Assembly (NCBI GenBank): GCA_977030845.1
Contig: OZ365114.1
Coordinates: 26,474,001-26,538,000 of the forward strand
Length of the DNA stretch: 64,000 bases
Direction of reading: 5' to 3'
Source: Fimbriosthenelais zetlandica
Taxonomy: Eukaryota
The position numbers and the translations under genes are program-made. Within the stretch, counting starts at the first letter, position 1; the number at the start of each line of letters is the position of its first letter. The notes beneath the pieces were generated by a model that was not told where the DNA came from, did no database searches, and saw only the letters and a program-made list of their open reading frames with translations. Below are positions 41,463 to 54,489 of the stretch, piece after piece.

Positions 41463-42178
41463 TGCAGAGCCCCAAAAATCGCCCCCCAAGGGCATCGAGG
41501 CCCATGAGTGGAGACCGACATTTTGGGCTCTGCTACACCGACTTGACTCGAGGGTAGGCGGTGAACCAGTGCCTAAAAGACGGTCTCCCTTCCCGGCCCA
41601 TGGTGGGAGACCGAGTGATTGGGGCCTGCTTCACCGACTCCACTCGAGGGAAGTCAGTCGAGCCAAGCCCAAAAAGTCGGTCTCCCCTCCAAGTCCTGAA
41701 AGTGTTGCAGAGCCCCCAAAATGGCATAATGGCCCTTGAGTGGAGACCGACCTTTTAGGCTCTGCTTCACCGACTCCACTCGAGTGAAGTCGGTCGAGCA
41801 GAGCCCCAAAAGACGGTCTCCTTTCCAGGCCCGTGGTGGAAAGAGACCGAGAGACTGGGGCCTGCTTCACCGACTCCACTCGAGTGAAGTCGGTCGAGCC
41901 AAGCCAAAAAAGTCGGTCTCTCCTCCAAGTCTCAAAAAGTGTTGCAGAGCCCCAAAAATCGCCTCCCAAGGGCATCCTGGCCCTTGAGTGGAGACCGACA
42001 TTTTGGGCCCTGCTACACCGACTTGACTCGGGTGTAGGCGGTGGAGCAGTGCCCCAAATGACGGTCTCCCGCCCAGGCCCGTGGTGGGAGACCGAGTGAT
42101 TGGGGCCTGCTTCACCGACTCCACTCGAGTGAAGCCGGTCGAGCAGAGCCCAAAAAGAAGGTCTCCCCCCCCCCCCCC
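41463..42178. repeat. Higher-order array of six 78-bp palindromic cassettes (GAGACC...CTCGAG...GGTCTC) with alternating short and long spacers, ending in a poly-C run
   Basis: Cassettes at 41511-41587, 41607-41684, 41743-41820, 41843-41920, 41991-42068 and 42088-42165. Spacers are 19, 58, 22, 70 and 19 bp. tgcagagcccc recurs at 41463, 41706 and 41943 (243 + 237 = 480 bp). Confidence 0.95.
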
Positions 42179-45100
42179 AAATATACTGCCTTTGTAGAGC
42201 CGGTTAGTAATCTGCCTTAAGTTTGGTCTCAGTCTTTTGCCCAAGTTAAAGTCATAAAAAAGGCAATATAGTTTTTCTTGGTGTGTTTTGGTCACCCGCT
42301 TTTACCAAGGGTTTGTGTATAAAAAAATGTTATTCACTGGCCTGGCGCAGAGTTTAGGGGTGGCAGGTCATGAGAAACATTACATTTAAAATGGATACCC
42401 TAATGGCTTTATATTTTTTTGTTTAACATAAGGGAAGGGAAACCATAAAATATGCCAAATGTAAATGATGCGTTTGCATGTGCATGCTGTAGTTAAGTAC
42501 CACAATTGGGAAGCTCCCAATGCAACAATGTTAAGTACCCCCCCCCCCACCCCACCCCTACCTCCTGCTCCTCCTCCACGGCCCTATCTTCACCATACGG
42601 TATAAACGCCTGATGTGTCTCTGACACTGGCCATACGTACCCGGAGGGCCCTACAGGTCGAGATAAGGGTGGAAAGCCCTTGTAAGGCCCTCCCAGGGCC
42701 TGACTAATGTGTCCAGATAGCCACAAGTGACCTCAGCATCGGGGGCTTATGGTCGATTGGCTGGTCAGGCAGGGAGGTGTGATGAATGGGGTGTACAGAC
42801 GGGAGACGCTACAGCCCTATAGCCACCTTTTCTCTACTGCTTTCCAAAATATGAAGGCATATTTGTAACATTTAGTTCCCATGTTTGTCTTCAGTGTAAC
42901 TTAAAGCAAATGGAACCAATATGAAAAACGTTAAAAGTTCAAACTTTGCATCTTACGGATAAAGAACTTAAAAAAATGTGTAAGCAGACTTCTGTCCATC
43001 CACTTCTTTATAGTATAATTATATTACAGGTTTTTCATGTATACACATATGGATTAATGATCAGTTTTTCGTCAAGAAATCATGTAAGGAACTGAAAAAA
43101 TGTCATTAATTAAAATAATTATCTTCTCATGGTATCATAGGTCCCTCAATCTAACACTTGAACCCATTTGACGCCTTATTTGAACCCATATATCCCCTGG
43201 CGATATTTCCATCCTCAAATCCTTTAAACTTCTGTTAACTCTGACAGGAGGAAGTTGCTCCTGCACCCATTAGACTTTAAATTATGTATTCTAATTGGCT
43301 CAATCCTGGCCAATCTTTGTTTAGTCTCCCTGAAGATTTGGCACCCCTCGGCTTTTGTTCTTCCAAGACTTTTGTTGCTTTTACCCTGTCATGCAACACT
43401 CGGGGATGGAGATTGTTATTGATACTTGCAAATCACGTACAATTTCCATCAGAAGGCGGTCCTGATGATTTATCCAACCCACCTTAACAGCACCCCATAT
43501 TAAGCCATCACTCTGTGGTGATTATAAAATTAATACTTTAACTTAGACACATGTAAATCACATGGTTAGTGCTCATTATCATGGTGAAAATTAATGATTG
43601 ATTGATTGCTATGTAATTTGAAGGCATGATTAGACTTTAGTAATTTGGGGAGGGTCATGTTCAGGGAGCTGGGTTTGGTGGAAGTGCAGGGGAAGTACAA
43701 AGTTTTCTGGCATAGGTATACAAGCAATTGTGAGGTTAGGCAAGTACAATCAGTACAGTTTTTGCACATACCTTCACAGGAAGATTTTGAGACATGAATG
43801 ATGACATAGCTACACCACTGAATCATTTCAAGGCGTTAGGATGGAGCATTGAAAATATTGAGAGACAATGGCCTGGGGCAACTATAATGTGCGGACAACA
43901 GAGAGCTGTTCACGATTGACAAAACATAGGAGAGCTTGGCATTTAAAAGTAACCTACATGTAATATCTCTTTGAACCTCATGTGGATCAGGGTAAAATTA
44001 TTCGGATATTTTAAAGATTTTTATCATATTTTATTTCATGATAACATCATTCGATCTTGGTAGGATCTCATATGCACAGAGGGACAATTTTCATCAGTGG
44101 ATTCCCTTAGCATTACCCCCCGTATTGCCCAGGGCACCAGGACTGAGGATCCAGTTGACAAGTACATAATCAGACTCAGCAAAGGTCTGCCGGAAGCAGC
44201 ATGACTTGCAATTCTCCATCCTGGGCTTTGGTGTGTCGACTCTTGAGAGCGGCAAGCCGGCGAGCAAGCAAGCAAGCGACAACCCAAGAGTGGGTTAGAT
44301 GGGGGCGGTCTGCTACTTCTTTCTCTGTGTTATAAATCCACCACTTGTCTGTCTCCGTATTAAGTTGTCATAGGGGAGGGGAGGTGAGGGGGCTCTCTAT
44401 TCGCCTCTCCTCTGTGTTGGTGGGCTTGGATTGTTGAGTATAGGGACAGTGTAAACAGGAGGAGTGTTTGGGTTGTAGGCTCTACTGTTCCAGTGTCACC
44501 AGGCAGATTGCCTTGTTGGCATTTGGCTCGTGGCTGCGCATGCGCCCCAAGCCTCCCATCCAAACGAGGCTCTGGCCTTGGCTTGACATTTATCGCATGC
44601 TTTCATTTTGGCAGTCTGCAGGAGGAACGACAAACAGGATTGTTACTTCTTTGTGAGCCCTGCCCAAGCACTTCCAGTGCATACTTTGGAATATATTACA
44701 GAATATTACTGATTCGTATTAATCATTTCACCAAGACCATATAGGCTAGTCCTTGAACCTGTCTGGAATATATCCTCTGCCTGTTTAATATCCGCTGACA
44801 GCACCTAAGACAAGGTAGAAAGCATCACTAAAGAGCCTGCTATAAATTATAAGGGAATTATGCTTCCGGACTATAGGGCCATTACAGAAATGTGTGGTAA
44901 TAAAGAAAGGGGCATGTGCTATTGGCACCTCCCTCCTCCACCACCCATTACCCCACCCACGCCTAAAACTGATGCGTTTGAACCCTCTAAGTTATTGATA
45001 AGGGAACATTTTTATGTCTAAGCCTGATTATGGCTATCAGATATTACCGATTACCCTTCCCCTTCCCCTCAACCTACTTCATATATGAAGGCGCCAGAGC

Positions 45101-46207
45101 TTTTAGTCCTCTGTTAATCTTTAAAGTTAATGTAGGAATTTCTCATTCAAGATGGTATTCTCATCGGGGAGGACTGGACCCTTAATTGTATATATGCTAC
45201 ACATACCCTGCTGTGAGATGACGTCTTGTCATCTTTGCGCATTGCCGGATCTTAAAGAACACTAAAATAATGGTCTTACAGGTCAAGCCTCATCAATCTT
45301 TTGAGTGGGGCATTATTCTCATATACTTATAAGGGTTCTTTTAGATCTAATAGCCGGGCAAGGCGGCTGAATTGCCTTAGGGGGCATCCTAATGTATGGA
45401 GGTGGTCAAACTATGGACAAAAGCAACTGGATTTTTCCAATTGCCTCAGCACCTAATAAGCTCCAGGAAAGTAAACAAATCTACTGTAAAAAAGAATCAT
45501 ACGTTTGGCAAGCATGTTTGGAACGCTGATACCGAATTTAAATAAATATTTACTACCATAGCAGTGCTGAACAAGAGTCCTTTTCCGCAAGTGTATGACA
45601 TGTGGAGGGGAATCCTCAAACAGCATAAAGATGCCATACATCTTACAAAGGTATAAAGCAGTCATATGATATTGGAATACACACTACTATCATGTACTTT
45701 ATGCCACCATCAAGAGCAGAGAGATGAGTCAATGCTTGCCTGACCTGGTAGGACACTCCCCTTGCTTCCTCCTCCAAGGAACAACAAAGTGATATCCGCC
45801 CATCAAAATAGGGTCTTCAGGCCTGGGCCATATAACACCCCAGAGAAGTCCCTTTCTCAGCAGAAGCAGAGCTTTCACCATCAGCCCACATTGCTCAGAG
45901 TGGGAACTTAACAGCTGCTAAGCGAGACCATTTTCCACATGGTGGCGCTTGCTGAAAAGAGAAAACTGAACAAGATTTTCCAATACTCTCTTTTCCCTGT
46001 GAAGTCCCGGGCTGAGGAGGCGATGAGCAAACCATGCTGGTGTCACGGCCTTATTCCGACAAATGTGGTATTAGGCCAGGGGTGATTACCAATATCGCAT
46101 GCGGTTCTTGCTGTTATGAGTCCAGAAATCTCTCACTTCATCTGTAATCTGGTGTTAGGCCAAGCATGACAAGCAGTACATGCTGTCTGAGAACAGATCT
46201 GGTCCTA

Positions 46208-46420
46208 ATGCCGGGACTCCACTGCTGCGATTTTGCTTGCGACACTACTGCGACAAAGGTGATGCTTATGAACTTGTGTAAGAATAAAATTTATAAATTG
46301 TGGTTCAAGTGTCTAAGGCCTTAAGGCCGTCCTCCAATGGTAAATTTATCATTGAAACACAAGCATCACCTTTGTCGCAGACGTGTCGCAAGCAAAATCG
46401 CAGCAGTGGAGGCCCGGCTT
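46208..46420. mobile_element. MITE with ~60-bp terminal inverted repeats, possibly PIF/Harbinger-like
   Basis: Left arm gccgggactccactgctgcgattttgcttgcgacactactgcgacaaaggtgatgctt (46210-46267). Right arm aagcatcacctttgtcgcagacgtgtcgcaagcaaaatcgcagcagtggaggcccggc (46361-46418). AT-rich core, no ORF. Flanks taa/tga form an imperfect TWA-type target-site duplication. The superfamily is inferred. Confidence 0.85.
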
Positions 46421-46929
46421 GAATCTTGATTCCCTCCGAGTCTCAATGTTCTTCGAGCCATAAGATCTTATACATAATGACACTATACTCTCGTCCCCTA
46501 TTCAGCTGCCCCAACCCTAAAGTTCATTCCAGTTGTTCAACCCTTCTTATTTGTCCTCCTATTTTGGTTGGTATTAGCGCAAATAATTCTTAGGACAAAG
46601 AAGGCAACTATTAATAAGGAAGGAAAGATGAGGGCGCACTGAACATGATCTACTACAGGTAGAAGACTGCATGCCGTCAGGGAGAATAAAGCCAGTGTAA
46701 CTATTCCCATATCAACCACCCATAATAACCAGCCAGCATTTTAACAGCAGTAATCTGACAATACCATTCATTACGACAGCTTAAATAACCCTCCACTTGC
46801 CATACAACATGCAGACTTTAGCAGGGGAGACATAGATTAACTGAGCACCTGCCTTTCCATTCATTTTCAACCCATTCCCGGCATTAACCACCAAAACCCT
46901 CTCCATAAGAAAAAAGAATTACATTAGGA

Positions 46930-49900
46930 TACATTGGTATTCATGGCTAATCGCTGCAGCTGTCTCTTGCCAGCCTTGATTTTGTTCTCACTGATTCATG
47001 TCTTAATCTTGGCATAATAATATTTCAAACTTAGTGCTGGGAGATGAAGCTTTTGTATGAAACCTGAGACATGACGTTTATAACTCCATTGGCTGAAGCA
47101 TCAGCTTGTATTTTCACTATCATTATCTCAATCCATTAACAGATTTTGGGCATTGACCCAAATGCCAAACGGGAATATGAGTAATACGCCATATGTCAAT
47201 AAAGTAGGCCAGGTTTATGAAAATATTGCAACCCATTATCTAATTAAGACAACATGAAAATTAATTTAACCAGGACTAATTTTTAACTCCATGTAGCACA
47301 CATCATGGTCTACAACAACTCTTCACAATACCTCCGGTAATCCGAGACATCCCAAAGACATCCAAGCGCCTTTTTATTTGGGGTCTGACAGACCCAATAG
47401 TATTAAATGTTTTGGGGCCTACTCCTTCTATGACATAGGGTCTTCAAAGATCTGTGCCAGTTTCTTAAAGATCGAAATCCACCTCAGATCCAATGTCCTT
47501 GTGAGATTTTACACCTAAACATATAGCAACCAATGATCAGAGACATAGTCTTAATTGCTCACACCTGTCTCTTACCAATTCCCACTGGTCAAAATACCAT
47601 CTACAGATGCTTTCTCCCCTCACCTACACTTTTGGCGCTAATTGTAAGCTTTAGCTACTTCCTAACGAAGGTACAATGGAAGACCAACGACTAAAGACAT
47701 TCAGTCACACTTAGAACTGTCAGAACATTTCACAGCAATGTTGCTGCAGTATGTATTCTTTAACTAAAGTTACGAATACTCAGTCAAGTTTTGAAGTTTT
47801 ACTTCTTCTTCTGTAATTGTTTACAAGTACTATACATGTACATGGATAATTCAGTTGTCTGGTCAATCCAGACATACTTGGTTTGGGGATTGAGTCAGTG
47901 AATCATCCAATGTCTGATGAATAGCAAATTGACCATGATATCATGAGAATTACAGTTGGTCATTTCCATTCAGACTACACTGGATTGAGAATGCACAAAC
48001 CATCCATGTAGTTGAATGGGGATATATATTAGCAATGTGATGAATTCTGATAGTGTGAAATCACCAGTGATAATATTATGCGTCTAATATATGGACTATA
48101 GAGTGGGATATCATCTCATCATTATGAACCCTGATCACAATAGTCTGACCACTATATAGTACTCTATGTTATAGAGATATAGAGCTTATCATGCAGAGGG
48201 AGAGAGAATTGCTGGTCGATGACATGGTAGCTTATCGCTTCAGCAAGGCCTTGTAAGGATAGGTCATTAAATACCCATTAGCCTAAGGCTGGGTCCCTCG
48301 TTGTAATTACTTCTTAACCAGCTCCAATCAGTCCCCTAATCAGGACTTGTAATTACTAGCGCTTTTCGCCTGGATCATGTATTATGTAAGGGTGTATAAA
48401 AATGAGACGTGTATGAAAAAGTTCTTTATGACATCGCTTCTCGTGTTTATAAGTCAGACCTGTGTTGGGCCAACCAATCTATACTATACTGAACAGTCAA
48501 ACAAGGCGAATGAAATTCATCCCTGGGCTGTTTCCGTAGTTCAATGTAGTCCAGAGAGCAAGTATAGGACACAGAACATGGATCGAATTTCATGACATTT
48601 ACCTTCACTGATTATTAAATTATTAAATGACTTCTATAGAAAGGGGAACCTTGGAGTGTGTTAGCGTTAACTCTTATCGTATAGTTATATTAAATTGTCA
48701 GCAGAAATTAACATGTCAGTATTATAGATAAGTGACAGTTGGGGGGACATAAGGATTATAGCTCCTGTCTCTCCCACCCAAGTAATCAATGGCTTATAAC
48801 TAATTCAGTATCTGTAAGTACGAATAATCACACATGTTAGATCTATGCCCATCATTTTCATAAACCTGGAATGATAGCTGCTTATAGGTTGTTTTTCAAT
48901 TCCTAAAACGAGTGCATAGTACAGGTCGGGTAAAAGGCAAGGTGGTAATCGTCTTTGATGGTATTGGAGTCGCCAGAACATTGGCCCCAGAACACGGCTC
49001 CAGAGAGCATCAGGCACTGTCTGCTAATTGAACTACAACCTCTTTTGAGTTGCCCTCTGCAGCTGACACAGGTCATAAGGGAAACTTCCACTTATTACAA
49101 ACTTTACTCAAAAGACGGATGAATGTAATAAACTCTTTGTCCAGTCAATGCATCCTTCACAGGGATGGCATCCCCTGAGAAGGAAGAGGATCATCATTTG
49201 AAGACCGACCACTGTTTGTTGTTTACTTCAGTGTTAAAATCATTAGCTGGAACACTTTGCCTTTGGAGCCTTTCTTCAACCTCGGATGTAGGGTAGTACT
49301 AGCAATAGTTGTGAGGAGATCCTATAGTGCTATGGTCAGGCTATACTATGAGTAGCTGAGTACCTGTCATTGGGGGCAGTAGGTGGAGCAGCCTGTCACT
49401 CAGTAGGAATGGGGGTCGCAGCTGTAGGCACCCACTCCCTGAGCCCCTGGGACAACACCCAAGACTATCACACCTGCCAAGGGAAGAGAATTAAGCCATC
49501 TATGGAGCATTTTAAAGCTGCCACCAAATTCATCACTCCCGACCGACGCCCAGTCAACACACTCAACAAAAACTGACCACCCGGCCACCCACTACACCAT
49601 TCTGGCCCATGCTGGGATAATCCATGTGATGTTACTGGGTAGGGATGTCATGGACGTTGAGATGGAGGGGCTGATAGAGAGAGGGGGTAGGATTCACACT
49701 GTTTTTATTGATGTTGCACTTTGGACAGTAGGTCCTTGGGTTGGCAAGATCGAGCACCAGGTGCGGTGAAGGAGCATGAAGAAAGTGCTTTCCTTTTCAA
49801 AAGAAACTCTTTCAACTTTTGGTTCAGGCTAGTCCTGCAGCAGCAGCTTAATTGTCTATAACTAGACTGGTATAATGGTCCAGGCCAGAGAGGCGAGTTC

Positions 49901-50080
49901 CCTGAGTATAATATGTATGACGATGGGTTAGGGTTTGATGATTTGATGATTTTGGTTTTGTCACAAGGACAATTTACCGTCAGCCTTTCAAAAACAATAG
50001 TCTTTCTTTCTGCTTCTGTTTTGATCTTCTCTAGTTGGTACCCTTTTGTATCTATGTTTTGCTTGTCCTTTCCTGGTGAT
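46930..50080 (-). mobile_element. Highly decayed Ty3/Gypsy gag-pol relic, possibly with Gmr1-like domain order
   Basis: Stop- and frameshift-riddled minus-strand motifs in collinear order. Gag-like: LEKIKTEAERK (~50030), SYRQ...NQ (~49850), EKE...RTWCS (~49760). Protease-like: SRQCLMLSG (~49010). RT C-terminus: PNKKAL...DYRRYC (47325-47387). RNase H start: KIQADASANGV (~47085-47116). Recognised by eye; no LTRs found. Confidence 0.55.
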
Positions 50081-51086
50081 GTTTCCTAATCTACTGACCT
50101 CTATCCCCATTGCCAAGGCTGATGACTAACAAGGTTCAACAACAAAATAGCTTTTACTAGAATTAAATCCCGCCAACACTAATCTCCATTTATCCGTGAC
50201 ATAATCGGTCATTTGAATCACATAGCTGAGGCATTAAGGAGCCTGTTTAAAAAACGAATATTAGCCATAGACTTAGCATAACTGTATAATATTACTTTTG
50301 AAATAGGCCCATGAAGTTTGATTTTGGACGCTGCTTTGCATTGACAGTTTCAAAGGAGGATGCTTTACTTCGGATATTAAGAAGAAAATATAAGGCTGGG
50401 GATCGAGTTGAGAAATATGTTTTGGGAATTTAATGTGCAGGAGACTCATCGCTTTGGTTTGAACAACCTATTATAGAGGAAGCTATTTAACTCGCCCCTC
50501 ACGTGCTCCTGCTCCTTGGCAATCAATGCCTTTTCATGGTCCTGCACATCTAGTTGTAAGAGAATCTATAGCCTAGGCACTGTGTGAATAACAACTCATA
50601 TCATACGTGCTCTGCCTCCTGTGTTTACATAGGATCAAACTAGCAATATTGCGTGTCACTAGCTGTTTATATGGGCGACGCAAACTGGTGAAAATTAATG
50701 TATAAATCGTTTCTTTGTGTCGTCTCTGATCAATTCATAATGTCAGAAAATCTTTCAGGAAAGCATAAGCATGATCCTCAAGATCACCTGCACATTATAT
50801 AAGAGACGGTTTAGGTCCTCAGGATTTGAAATTTGAATCAGGAGCTGTGAACCGGTTTTAATTCTTTAATAGTGAGTTGGGTTGACAGTGATAGGGACCC
50901 CTATATAAGGATCTATAAAGTGGATAGTATAATCTCAACATCAGACAAGATTAAAGATTGGGATAGGGAACCTCTGGGTATTATGGTATTCATTCCTGTC
51001 ATGCTCATTCAGAGCTTTCATGTGCTCCTAGAGTAGCTGAGGTCCTGTGCTGCCCCCTTGTGAGATATCATCAAAGCTGGGAATCC

Positions 51087-51510
51087 TGACCTAGATTCCC
51101 ATGACAGTTTACTTTCAATTGACTTCCATGGAGACTAGCTGACCTAGATTCCCATGACAGTTTACTTTCAATTGACTTCCATGGAGACTAGCTGGCCTAG
51201 ATTACTATGACAGTTTACTTTCAAAGTGACTTCCATGGAGATTGACCTAGATTGCCATGACAGTTTACTTTCAAAGTGACTTCCATAGATATTGACCTAG
51301 ATTGCCATGACAGTTTACTTTCAAAGTGACTTCCATGGATATTGACCTAGATTGCCATGACAGTTTACTTTCAAAGTGACTTCCATAGAGATTGACCTAG
51401 ATTGCCATGACAGTTTACTTTCAAAGTGACTTCTATAGAGATTGACCTAGATTGCCATGACAGTTTACTTTCAAATTGACTTCCATGGAGACCTAGATTA
51501 CCATGACAGT
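51087..51510. repeat. Minisatellite, about 8.4 copies of a 50-53-bp unit (tgacctagattgccatgacagtttactttcaaagtgacttccatggatat)
   Basis: Unit starts at 51087, 51140, 51193, 51243, 51293, 51343, 51393 and 51443, followed by a truncated copy. Confidence 0.96.
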
Positions 51511-54424
51511 GAACTTGGAGAATCCAACCATTCAATTCCCTTCTTTTTGACATTTAGGCCTACATTACTTCAATTTCTGTTCAATTATTAGTACTTAAGT
51601 GTTCTTTATTCTATATTAAACAAACACAAACTCCCAACAACCTCCTTAAGTAAGGTATCATCATATATGGTTGACCTTACCTTCCATACACGATGACTAA
51701 TATGGTGACTGGGTGACCTCAGATCAGACACCCCTGAAGAAAAGGAAGACACATTTTAGGAAATATCAATATCCTTTATTGCCACTTAGAAAAGAAATGG
51801 GATACCTTATATATAGATATTAGAGCTACAGTGAGTGGTAGTGGTTGTAATTGACAGTCTCAGACATAGGCCAATATGCGTAGCTTCCATTAAAAGAACA
51901 CTTAAGATGAGCCGGGAAAGTTACAAGAATGATAATTATAATAATTATAAAAGAAACATGGAAGATGTCATTCATTTAAACCACTGGACGAATGGCTTAC
52001 ATCAAATCCCTTTATTACATAATGACCAGTCGTTTTTTCTAGAGTTTCAAACACTAGAAGGAGAGAGAGATAGTGGGGCGAAGGGACAATGCAAAATTAT
52101 GTACAACAGAAAAACGATGATTTAAATCAAGCATACATAATGGAATAGATGGTGAGTAATGAGTTTTCCCTGTATATGATAAAACTTGTCTACCAGGTTG
52201 TGAATACCCATGCACGTCTCCCTTTTATGCCGTGTTTTGCTAGTCATTTTTTCAGTGCACATACATGATGTCTGGATCTGACCCTTTGTTCTATTAGGTC
52301 ATACGATTTTAAACTTGTCTTTTCCAATGCATCTATTTAACATTTCATCTACAGATGGACAATAATTGAGGCACTTAAGACCTAACAAAATGCAGCCATT
52401 CTTCCTGACATTTAACATTTCTTATAAAATTTTTGGAATGTTCAAATAATGAATACTCCCTGCATGACGACAGAACCTTTTACAAGTTCTCTTGTTTGAT
52501 CTTTTATCCTCTCACGAAACATTTTTCTGATATTAATCTCAAGGGAGAATCCATGATAACCATTTATGTCCGAGAACAGTACTTTGGGGAAGATTCATTA
52601 AAGATTATCTTCAACATGAACCAATGATGCGCCCTGCTTTCAATTTTTAGCCATACGCAGACCAACATATCACATACTATGAAGCTAACAGTGTTGAGTT
52701 TTTATCATTTGAAGGTTGATCTCTGAATAGCAACATGGAATGAGTCTTTATATTATATCATAATTTAAATGAACAAAAATAACAAGCCCTGCATTGAGTT
52801 AGGTCTTATTTCTCACGTGCTATCCACTTCTAGGGGAAGCTATATGTTAGTTAGGCTCTGGCTTTCTAATTACGCTTGATGAAGGCATTTATAATAGAGA
52901 AGAAATAGCAGAATACATCTAATGATGAACCATAAGTCTTCATATAATTTGTATCAAAAATTAACCGATTTCTTGCTGTATTTGGTTCATAAGGGCATTT
53001 GCTATCAGACTTGTTTCCCTGTGCGGTTTTTGCAGACTGAATACAGGCGAGCATCATCAGTCAAGAACCTTTAATGCAAATGAGGAGAATAGAATCCAAA
53101 ACTGGCAAGTAACATGGATCGTATGGCTATATAACAGTTTCCAGCTATATCTAGTCTTTCACTCCCATCACCTTCCCATTGCCCTTTCCCACCATCAAGG
53201 GGGATTATCACACGTATTCTCCTGAATCACTTTTGAAATCCATAATAATCCACAATGTGCCGTTTTGAATTCTTTTTCCACAATAGTCATTTTGCAGTAT
53301 AATCCATGTAGTTGCATTGCATTCATCATCCTTGCAGATAAATCTAATAAGAAAGGAATAAAAAATGTCACCGTATGTATTAATGGACATTACATGTCAC
53401 ACTCAATCTGATACGGTACAACGTTGTATTTTTACACCCAGAGCTTCCCCAAACAGTCTAGCCCCCACTCTTAATCACATTTGGTATAATTTTAGAGAGA
53501 GAATCAAAAAGGTATTTTTTCACAGATGTCTTCTTTGCAAAGTGAATATTTACATGAATTGTTCTATTGTGAAGCACTGCAAGAACTTACAATAAGCTTG
53601 GTGTGAATGGTCAAAGAGAAGGACACATAAATATGCAAATAAAGGTCACAATCAGCATAACTACACCTGAATCCACTGACACTGTTAAGATAATTTCATC
53701 AGCTGTATTATACTTGCATATTGTAACTAATATCCCGTACTTTAGTACTTAAAATAACATACACTTATATATGCAAATTGATCATTTTATGGCAAAATAA
53801 ATCTGGAATAATTATAACACGGGATCGAAAATTGTTTCACATTTGTTTTCACGGCAGTGTGTAAATTACAAAGCATCAGCAATTTGTGTAAAGGATCGAG
53901 CTTGTTGGTCCTCAGAATGAACGTATGAGGTGGAGACGTGGAGAATGAGTGTATGAGTGAGTATGTGAGGGATGAGTGGACCAGTAGATGAGGAGATTGA
54001 AGCGGTGACTTTACGTTGTATTTTAACATAAGGGCAGGTACCGTAGCGCTCTCTCTATCACGCAGCCAACATGCACTTAGAACTATATATACATCCTTAT
54101 CCATGATACTCTTTAACATATATATTTTATCTCCCTTTCTTGACTTCTCCAGACGTTTATGGGTTTAGTAACAAGTTGTAGTATATAATAGTAAATCCCT
54201 GGCTACAAAAAACGTGCTTTTCCCACTCTTTGCAGAGCAGTGGTAAAACTGTAATGATGACTGTATAAAAAAGTCTGCATTTTCAATAAAATCCTGTGAA
54301 TTCCTAAATGTATCAACGCGTGTTCTTAGAGAGTAACATGTACATTCTATATTACTGATTGTAGTTTACCTCCACATATAAACTTGGAACGGAAATGCAC
54401 AGACAGGTTTGTGAACATTGTTTG

Positions 54425-54489
54425 GTTGTCATAGCAACCATCCAGGCATGATGGTTTCTGCGCATGCTCCTACTCCACGGGAAGTGACG
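54425..54489. promoter_or_regulatory. Candidate promoter or enhancer: X-box, NRF1-like and ETS-CRE motifs
   Basis: GTTGTCATAGCAAC 54425-54438, GCGCATGCTC 54460-54469 and GGAAGTGACG 54480-54489 within 65 bp. Motif match only. Confidence 0.45.

Noticed and set aside
46268-46360. Same TIRs with different captured cargo (Pack-type element) at 11.0 and 46.3 kb
   Set aside because: The two cores align once one is reverse-complemented, so they are ordinary copies of one MITE.
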